Assembly: GCA_036002145.1 (NCBI GenBank)
Contig: DASYTP010000009.1
Location: 1 to 30,045 of the forward strand
DNA length: 30,045 nt
Reading direction: 5' to 3'
From: Bacteroidota bacterium
GTDB taxonomy: Bacteria; Bacteroidota; Ignavibacteria; UBA10030; SZUA-254
The notes under the pieces were generated by a model. That model did no database searches, was not told where the DNA came from, and saw only the letters and a list, made by a program, of their open reading frames with translations. Shown here piece by piece: positions 16,929 to 24,045 of the stretch. The position numbers were made by a program, and so were the translations under genes. Position 1 is the first letter of the stretch, and every line of letters starts with the position of its first letter.

Positions 16929-17119
16929 CCTTAGTACGCGAACGATGGTGACAATGTAAAATAACCGAACGAAATTTGGATTCTGACAATTGGTCTCTCT
17001 CAAAAATGAGAAAAGAATTGCAAACGCTTATCATAATTGATAAGGAACGCTTATCATTTCAGCGAACTCCTTCTGACAAAAGTGAATTGGCTGCCGGCAC
17101 GACGAATGGAGTGCCAAAA

Positions 17120-18274
17120 ATGGCCGTAAGAAAGCTCGCTCCGGAATTACGCCGAAGGAAGAGTAGCTGGAGCCGGGAGTCCGTTTGGTACAAACGACTG
17201 ATGTTGCGATTGAGAGAAGATTCACAATTTCTTCGCACGGTCATCCAGTCGGCGTTCTTGCTGCTGTGCGTATGGATTGGCGTTGAGTTTTACCTCTTCA
17301 CTCGTTGGGGGACGTCGGGTGGGCAGGCTTCGTACTTCCCTCGCCCGCCAGGGGCTGAAGGATTTCTTCCGATCAGCGCTCTCATCAGTTTGAAGTACTG
17401 GCTTGGAACCGGGATTGTCAACGAAGTCCATCCTGCCGGACTTTTTATCTTCATCGCTGTTGTCCTTGTCGGCCTGGCATTGAAGAAGGCGTTTTGCAGC
17501 TGGCTGTGTCCGATCGGAACATTGAGCGAGTCTCTCTGGCTGTTTGGAAAGAAGGTCTTCGGGAAGAACATCGGGGTCACAAAATGGCTCGATTATCCAC
17601 TGAGGTCATTAAAGTACTTGCTGCTCTTCTTTTTCGTTTACTCCATTGCGCAGATGGACACGGCCTCGATGAAGGCATTTATTTACAGCCCGTATAACAA
17701 AATGGCCGACGTAAAGATGTGGCTCTTCTTTGCAAATATCACCACGTTCGCGACCTGGTCGATCATTATCCTCGTGGTGTTTTCTCTTATTATCAAAAAC
17801 TTCTGGTGCCGATTCCTTTGCCCTTACGGGGCATTGCTCGGCGCACTGAGCTGGCTGAGTCCGCTGAAGATCACAAGGAACAAGTCGACATGCATCGACT
17901 GTGAATTATGCACCAAGGCGTGTCCTTCTCAAATCAGAGTTCACAAGGCAGGCCAATCCCGTTTCCCGATTTCATCGGGATTCGGGCAAGTCTGGAGCGA
18001 TGAGTGCATGAATTGCCTGCAGTGCGTTGAAGTTTGCCCGGTCAAGAACACGCTTGACATACGAACATCACTGACGCATACGCCTGTCCCGAATTGGATT
18101 TTTGGGACACTCGTCGCCGGAGTATTCATCGCTATCACGGGTCTTGCAATGATGACAGGACATTGGAAGAACGGCATCGCACAGGATGAGTATTCGAAGC
18201 GGTTCGAGAATATCGATTCACCACTGTATCAGCACAACCGGGGCAGCGTGCCACGGTACAACGAATCCGATTAA
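17120..18274 (+). CDS. Membrane polyferredoxin, NapH/MauN/NosH-like
   Basis: FCSWLCPIG and WCRFLCPYG (CxxxCP), CIDCELCTKACP, CMNCLQCVEVCP, several TMs. Start placed at ATG 17120 (GGAG at 17108-17111). Confidence 0.88.
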   Translation: MAVRKLAPELRRRKSSWSRESVWYKRLMLRLREDSQFLRTVIQSAFLLLCVWIGVEFYLFTRWGTSGGQASYFPRPPGAEGFLPISALISLKYWLGTGIVNEVHPAGLFIFIAVVLVGLALKKAFCSWLCPIGTLSESLWLFGKKVFGKNIGVTKWLDYPLRSLKYLLLFFFVYSIAQMDTASMKAFIYSPYNKMADVKMWLFFANITTFATWSIIILVVFSLIIKNFWCRFLCPYGALLGALSWLSPLKITRNKSTCIDCELCTKACPSQIRVHKAGQSRFPISSGFGQVWSDECMNCLQCVEVCPVKNTLDIRTSLTHTPVPNWIFGTLVAGVFIAITGLAMMTGHWKNGIAQDEYSKRFENIDSPLYQHNRGSVPRYNESD

Positions 18275-18294
18275 TAACTAGCAGGAGACAACTT

Positions 18295-18783
18295 ATGGCA
18301 GAATATACCGTCACAGGATATTACGAAACAGACCACGACCGGCTCGATGAATTGTTTAAGCATTTTCAGCAGCTCAAACGAACCGATTTCACGAAGGCAA
18401 GACTCTGCTTCAAGGAATTTAAGTTCGGACTGCAACGACACATCATCTGGGAGGAAGAAATCCTCTTCCCGCTCTTTGAGCAAAAGACCGGTCTTGTGCA
18501 CGGCGGACCGACAGAAGTCATGCGCCGAGAGCACCGGCTCATCGGCAAATATCTCGAAGATATTCACGAGAAAGTCAAAGCACAGAACCCTGACAGCGAT
18601 GACGATGAACTTATGCTCCTCTATACCCTCCTGGCGCATAACCAGAAAGAAGAACAGATCCTCTACCCGGCGATCGACAGAGCCATCACAGAACCTGAAC
18701 GGGGGAATGTTTTCTCCACGATGAAGAATATGCCGGAAGAGCGGTACAGTTACTGTTGTACACCGGAAAACCGGAAGAAGTAA
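18295..18783 (+). CDS. Hemerythrin/HHE cation-binding domain protein
   Basis: DHDRLDELF, HIIWEEEILFP, EHRLI, HNQKEEQILYP; GGAG RBS. Confidence 0.9.
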   Translation: MAEYTVTGYYETDHDRLDELFKHFQQLKRTDFTKARLCFKEFKFGLQRHIIWEEEILFPLFEQKTGLVHGGPTEVMRREHRLIGKYLEDIHEKVKAQNPDSDDDELMLLYTLLAHNQKEEQILYPAIDRAITEPERGNVFSTMKNMPEERYSYCCTPENRKK

Positions 18784-18841
18784 ACTCCGCTCAATGTTGA
18801 ATTACATTTGAAAAGATTTTTCACGATAGATACACTGTGCC

Positions 18842-20737
18842 ATGTCCGAAAAGTATTCCGTTCAAATACCCGATATTGAGTTCTGGAAGAACCTTGTCCC
18901 CTGCCAGATCGGATGTCCGATTCACACCGATGCCGGGCGGTACGTTCAGTTGATCGCCGAGCAAAAGTACAAAGACGCATACCTCACTGCGCGCTCACCC
19001 AATCCTTTTGCGAGCGTGTGTGGTCGTGTTTGCGCTGCCCCGTGCGAAGACTGGTGCCGGCGCGGAAAGATCGACGCACCGGTGAGCATCCGCGCGCTCA
19101 AGCGGTTTGTCACGGAAAAATACGGGGTGGAATCTCTCGAGCCTGATACGCTGGACATCCTGTTCCAAGGGGGCAACGAATCGGGGAACAAATGGCCCGG
19201 GCATCTTCCTGTTCAGGTTGAATCCCGAAGAATCATCGTCAAAGACAAACGAGTCGCGGTTATCGGTTCCGGTCCGGCCGGGCTTTCGTGCGCGCATGAT
19301 CTTGCACTCATGGGCTACAAGGTGACTGTCTTCGAATCAACGGGAATTGCAGGTGGCATGCTGCGGCACGGTATTCCGGAGTATCGCCTTTCCCGCAGTC
19401 TGATCGATAAAGAGATCGATAAGATTTCCTTCCTTGGGGTTGAGATTCGTTATCATTCGCCCTTGACTGAAAATTTCGGGATCAAGGAACTGAAAGCTCA
19501 AGGGTTTGGAGGAGTGTTTGTCTCCGTAGGCACGCAGAAAGGACGCGACCTCAATGTCGAAGGATCCAATCTCGACGGGGTCATCAAGGCGATTGATTAC
19601 CTCATCAACATCAACAATGGTTATCGGGTAAATCTTGGCAGAAAGGTGTTGGTTATCGGAGGCGGATTCGTCGCGTTCGATGCAGCGCGTACCGCGATTC
19701 GCGGTGAGCGGGAAGCCTCGGATATACATGCAGCAGTGGACGCGGCACGCACGGCGAAACGAGGCGGCGCCACCGAAGTCCACGTCGCAAGCCTCGAATC
19801 GTTCGAAGAAATGCCCGTTCTCCGCACCGCACAGGGTCATGAGGAGTTCGAAGAGGCGAAAAAAGAAGGCATCGTCTTCCACCCTCAACGTGGACCGAAA
19901 CGATTCATCGGCGAGGCGGGAAAATTGAAAGGGATCGAGTTTATCGGCGTCAAGCGAACGTACGACGAACTTGGACGGTTCAATCCCCAATATGATGAAC
20001 ACCTCTCGGAAATATTCGACGCAGATACGGTTATTGTGGCTATCGGACAACAAACGGATCTTTCGTTCATCAAGCCCGCTGACGGGATCGAAACGACGCC
20101 GGGCGGACTGATCAAGATACGACCTGAAACCCTTGCGACAACAGCCGCAGGCGTTTATGCCGGAGGCGATGTTGCCTTCGGTCCCCGTAATATTATCGAC
20201 GCAGTCGCGAACGGCAAGAAAGCGGCTCTCTCGATCGATGAATACCTCCGGGGACAAAAACCCGAGACATTCTACAACCTGGATATCCACAAAATTCAAA
20301 CCCGGCGATTTACGAGACCTGAAGACTATGAGCAGCATCCGCGGGAAGCGCCGCCGACAATAGACCTGAACCGGCGGACGGGGATTTCGGAAGTTGAGAC
20401 CGGATACACGGAGGAGCAGGCCCGACATCAGGCGGAGCGCTGTCTGCACTGCCACGTGCAGACCATTTACGATGCCGATAAATGTGTGATGTGCAATCGC
20501 TGTGTCGATATATGCCCGGAATACTGTTTGAAACTCGTTCCGCTCGAACAGCTCGAAGTTGACGGTCAGACAAAATCACAACTCATCGGGCAATACGGAC
20601 TCGATCCGTTTCAACCCGCATCAGCAATGCTTAAGGATGAAGAAACCTGCATCAGGTGCGGGCTGTGTGCTCTGCGCTGCCCGACAGATGCGATGACGAT
20701 GGAAGTGTTTTACTACGAGCAAAAAGAAGTCGTATGA
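18842..20737 (+). CDS. GltD/NfnB/DsrL-like FAD-dependent NAD(P)H oxidoreductase with C-terminal 2x[4Fe-4S] ferredoxin
   Basis: N-terminal CQIGCP..NPF..CGRVC.APCE..C; GSGPAG; GGMLRHGIPEYR; VIGGGFVA; AGGD..GP..IIDAVANGK; RCLHC, CVMCNRCVDICP, CIRCGLCALRCP. Confidence 0.92.
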   Translation: MSEKYSVQIPDIEFWKNLVPCQIGCPIHTDAGRYVQLIAEQKYKDAYLTARSPNPFASVCGRVCAAPCEDWCRRGKIDAPVSIRALKRFVTEKYGVESLEPDTLDILFQGGNESGNKWPGHLPVQVESRRIIVKDKRVAVIGSGPAGLSCAHDLALMGYKVTVFESTGIAGGMLRHGIPEYRLSRSLIDKEIDKISFLGVEIRYHSPLTENFGIKELKAQGFGGVFVSVGTQKGRDLNVEGSNLDGVIKAIDYLININNGYRVNLGRKVLVIGGGFVAFDAARTAIRGEREASDIHAAVDAARTAKRGGATEVHVASLESFEEMPVLRTAQGHEEFEEAKKEGIVFHPQRGPKRFIGEAGKLKGIEFIGVKRTYDELGRFNPQYDEHLSEIFDADTVIVAIGQQTDLSFIKPADGIETTPGGLIKIRPETLATTAAGVYAGGDVAFGPRNIIDAVANGKKAALSIDEYLRGQKPETFYNLDIHKIQTRRFTRPEDYEQHPREAPPTIDLNRRTGISEVETGYTEEQARHQAERCLHCHVQTIYDADKCVMCNRCVDICPEYCLKLVPLEQLEVDGQTKSQLIGQYGLDPFQPASAMLKDEETCIRCGLCALRCPTDAMTMEVFYYEQKEVV

Positions 20738-20807
20738 TTGTCACTGATTTCACAGAAACAAACGCAGATTACAGATTACGCGGATTCTTCACTGGAGTTG
20801 ATGCCGT

Positions 20808-21362
20808 ATGAAGCTTTTTAATAAAAATACTGCAACAGAAACTACGAAGAAAGAGCCTGGATTACACGTGATTTCGAGACGATCATTCTTTCAAAGACTC
20901 GGTCTTGGCGCGTTGCTGACAGGCATGGCAGGGTTTGCATTTCAATCGTTTCGCTCACTCGTGCCGAATGTCCTCTATGAACCGGCGTTGAGATTCAAGG
21001 TCGGTTCGCCGTTGAGCCTCGCCGAAGGGATGACGTTCCTGGAAGACCGGCGTCTGTATATTTTCAAAGAGGGAAAGTCGTTCTATGCGATTTCGGGCGC
21101 CTGCACACATCTCGGCTGCACGGTGAAGTACACGAAGCTGAATCAACCCAAACGGGTCGATATCAACGGCGAAAAGAAGGATGTGAAGTTCGAGTTCCAC
21201 TGTCCTTGTCATGGATCGAAATTTTATGCCGATGGAACAAATTATGCGGGTCCCGCGCCGCGCCCCCTTCACTGGTACAAACTCGAAGTCGCTCCTGAAG
21301 ACGGGCAATTGGTTGTCAATATGAATGAAGAAGTTGAACAGAATTTTCGACTCACCGTGTAA
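20808..21362 (+). CDS. qcrA: Rieske [2Fe-2S] subunit of a cytochrome bc-type complex
   Basis: Tat motif SRRSFF plus TM; CTHLGC and CPCHGSKF; GPAPRPL. Confidence 0.95.
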   Translation: MKLFNKNTATETTKKEPGLHVISRRSFFQRLGLGALLTGMAGFAFQSFRSLVPNVLYEPALRFKVGSPLSLAEGMTFLEDRRLYIFKEGKSFYAISGACTHLGCTVKYTKLNQPKRVDINGEKKDVKFEFHCPCHGSKFYADGTNYAGPAPRPLHWYKLEVAPEDGQLVVNMNEEVEQNFRLTV

Positions 21363-21378
21363 CTCGAATGGAGTGGGC

Positions 21379-22704
21379 ATGTCAATTGTAACCGCGGCAA
21401 AACATATTTACAACAAACTCATCTGGACATGGAGTCCCGGCAGCGACAAAGAAGCCGGGGATGCCATCGTAAAAAACCTCCTTTTGCATTGGTTCCCCAA
21501 CAAGATCACGAAAGGGAGCCTTTCATGGAAATATTCGATGTGGCTGGGGACAATCTCCTTTGTGCTGTTCATGATTCTCGTGGTCACCGGCCTCGTTCTG
21601 ATGTTCCTCTACGTCCCTTCGGTCGAGCGCGCCTACACCTCCGTGAAGGATATAGAATATGTCGTCTCATTCGGGTGGCTGCTACGGGGGATGCACCGGA
21701 TTGCCGCTCATTTGATGGTTGCCGCCGTTTTCCTGCACATGGTAAGAGTGTTCCTGACAGGAGGATTCAAGAACGGAAGCGCGGCTGGTGCAAACCGTCC
21801 CTTGAACTGGATCGTTGGAATTGTCCTGCTCGTCGTCACGCTGCTCCTGTCGTTCACAGGCTATCTCCTCCCCTGGGATCAGCTTGCGTATTGGGCTATT
21901 ACCGTCGGAACAAACATCGCGAGTGCTGCACCCCTCGTTGGAAATTGGTTGCGCTTTTTCCTCCTTGGAGGGAGTTTCATCGACCAGAATGCTCTTATCA
22001 GATTCTATGTGCTGCACGTATTCTTCCTCCCGGTGATCGTCCTGTTCCTCTTTTCCTACCACATGTGGCGGATACGAAAAGACGGCGGTCTCGCCGTGGT
22101 CGATCATGAAGCGCTTGAGCAGAAGCCGGAGAAGATAGCGCCGGTGAAATCCAAAACGTATTCACTCCTCGGCATCACGAATGGCGCAACCGTCCACGTC
22201 CGGACGACAATGGTGGATGAAGAGAAAAATTCAGTCCCGTCGGCCCCGAATCTTACGCGACGCATCTGGCTTGTGACGCTCCTGACGTTCATCGGTGTCA
22301 CTGTATTGACGTTTATGTTCCGTGCACCGCTCGAAGCGCCTGCAAATCCAGCAGTCACCCCAAATCCCGCGAAGGCGCCCTGGTACTTCCTCTGGCTCCA
22401 GGAGATCGTCACCGATACGACAATCAAGCTGGGTTCATTCACGGTCAACGGCGCGCTTGTGGGCGGAATATTCCTCCCCGGGATCCTTCTGGTGCTCGCA
22501 ATGTGGTGGCCCTATCGTGACCGTTCGGGCATCAATGCCGTCGGGGTCTGGTTCGCACCGGAGAGGAAGCGGCAGAACATGATCTTCATCGGAATTTGCA
22601 TGCTGGTGGTCATCTTCACCATCATCGGCACGTATTTGCGGGGGCCGTTCTGGAACTTCTATTGGCCGTGGGAGCAGTGGCCCGAAACGCCGGTGAGATT
22701 TTAG
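21379..22704 (+). CDS. qcrB: Cytochrome b, b6-like N-terminal domain fused to a subunit-IV-like domain
   Basis: GMH-x13-H and LH-x14-H heme ligands; SFTGYLLPWDQLAYWA; NPAKAPWYF (PEWY equivalent). Start at ATG 21379 after GGAG. Confidence 0.93.
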   Translation: MSIVTAAKHIYNKLIWTWSPGSDKEAGDAIVKNLLLHWFPNKITKGSLSWKYSMWLGTISFVLFMILVVTGLVLMFLYVPSVERAYTSVKDIEYVVSFGWLLRGMHRIAAHLMVAAVFLHMVRVFLTGGFKNGSAAGANRPLNWIVGIVLLVVTLLLSFTGYLLPWDQLAYWAITVGTNIASAAPLVGNWLRFFLLGGSFIDQNALIRFYVLHVFFLPVIVLFLFSYHMWRIRKDGGLAVVDHEALEQKPEKIAPVKSKTYSLLGITNGATVHVRTTMVDEEKNSVPSAPNLTRRIWLVTLLTFIGVTVLTFMFRAPLEAPANPAVTPNPAKAPWYFLWLQEIVTDTTIKLGSFTVNGALVGGIFLPGILLVLAMWWPYRDRSGINAVGVWFAPERKRQNMIFIGICMLVVIFTIIGTYLRGPFWNFYWPWEQWPETPVRF

Positions 22705-22753
22705 AGGCGTGGGATATGAGATGTGAGCAAAACAACTTCCTGAAAACGTTGCT

Positions 22754-23983
22754 ATGAATCATAAGACGATAAGAGAGAAACTTGGGTTCGTTAAGAAAGA
22801 TCAAATCATCGTGAGTGGGGCGGGCATTTTCGTCCTTCTGCTCGCAGGATTTGTCTATTACGATTATCTGAACCCCGAATGGAAAGGTTACCAGGCAGAT
22901 TTTAAAGATCTGGTGTCCGAAAAATTCGGCGAAGACCGCGCGACCACGATTCCTTCCGGACTCCAGCAGGTATATATGAAGGAGCTGGGAATTGCCGATC
23001 GCTGTGTTACCTGCCATCAAGCTGTGGAGTGGAAAGGATTGGAGACTTCAGAAGAACCGTTCCGGACGCATTCGAAAGAAATTCTCGCCAGCCATCCCAT
23101 TGGGAAATTCGGATGTACGTCGTGTCACGGGGGGCAGAGTTATGCGACAGACGTCGATGCGGCACACGGGTTGATCCCCGACTGGGAAGACCCCGTGCTC
23201 GGCCAGGAACTTGGAACGTTCTACTCCGTTTCCAGGAGAGAAGCCCTCATGCAAATGAAATGTAATTCATGCCACCGGTACGATAAAGAAACTAGAGGCG
23301 CCGATTATATCAACCGGGCAAAGAAGTTCGTGACGGAAAAAGGTTGCCGCGCCTGTCATGTCATCAACGGACGGGGAGGAACGGTCGGACCGGATCTTAC
23401 ATGGGAAGGAGACAAATCGCCCGAACAGTTTAACTACGAGCGCATCAAGGGACTGCATTCGGAGTTTACCTGGCACGTCGCGCATCTCAAGAACCCGAAA
23501 GATCTGGTTCCGGAAAGCGTGATGCCGAACTTTAATTTTTCGAGCCCGGATGCTCAGGGACTCGCCTTGCTCGTGATGAGCTGGAAAAAGGCAAATATTC
23601 CGGTAAGCTATCTCCCGGGCAACAACTTCAAAGACGTGCCGTCGAAAGAGGAACTGGAGAAAGAGGAACGGATGAAAACCGGACCCGGTGCATTTTTCGT
23701 AAAGAAGAACTGCTTTGTGTGTCACTCGGTTTCCACGCTTGGCGTGGACGCGGCGTCACAAATCGGTCCCGACCTCTCCGTTGCGGTTGAGGACGTGCAA
23801 TCGAGGTTTGGCAGGACGCTGGATGATTTTCTTGCCAAGCCGACCGGCACGATGAGCGTCGTGCTCTCGACGATGATCATCTTGACGGAGGAAGAACGGA
23901 AAGAGGCGATCGAGAAGCTGCACCATGCGTATGAGCTCAAGCAACAGGAAATCAAACGGCTACAAGGAGGAAATAAGAAATGA
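22754..23983 (+). CDS. Membrane-anchored pentaheme cytochrome c
   Basis: N-terminal TM; five CxxCH motifs: CVTCH, CTSCH, CNSCH, CRACH, CFVCH; GPDL motifs after the last two. Confidence 0.93.
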   Translation: MNHKTIREKLGFVKKDQIIVSGAGIFVLLLAGFVYYDYLNPEWKGYQADFKDLVSEKFGEDRATTIPSGLQQVYMKELGIADRCVTCHQAVEWKGLETSEEPFRTHSKEILASHPIGKFGCTSCHGGQSYATDVDAAHGLIPDWEDPVLGQELGTFYSVSRREALMQMKCNSCHRYDKETRGADYINRAKKFVTEKGCRACHVINGRGGTVGPDLTWEGDKSPEQFNYERIKGLHSEFTWHVAHLKNPKDLVPESVMPNFNFSSPDAQGLALLVMSWKKANIPVSYLPGNNFKDVPSKEELEKEERMKTGPGAFFVKKNCFVCHSVSTLGVDAASQIGPDLSVAVEDVQSRFGRTLDDFLAKPTGTMSVVLSTMIILTEEERKEAIEKLHHAYELKQQEIKRLQGGNKK

Positions 23984-24045
23984 ATACAAAGACAACTAGG
24001 ATAAAATTCACTGGACCATTACAAATATCATAAGGAGTCACAACC

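Noticed and set aside
18809-18823. TGAAAA-GAT-TTTTCA palindrome as a Rex/Crp site before the flavoprotein gene
   Set aside because: The spacing fits neither consensus, and short AT-rich palindromes arise easily by chance.
19679-19760. Internal DAARTA duplication in the flavoprotein
   Set aside because: The nucleotide copies are diverged and it looks like an old subfamily trait rather than a recent event.
19337-20455. 372-aa minus-strand ORF, and other long antisense or alternate-frame ORFs (e.g. 990-1640, 5894-6472, 24820-25383)
   Set aside because: They lie entirely over well-supported + strand genes, have no motifs, and are expected shadows at this GC content.
20441-20455. CLHCH as a heme-c site in the flavoprotein
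   Set aside because: The protein has no export signal, and the motif matches the RCxxC Fe-S ligand segment of GltD-like proteins.
18842-20737. DsrL or glutamate synthase small subunit as a functional call
   Set aside because: No dsr genes or gltB nearby; the fold is shared by many NAD(P)H modules.
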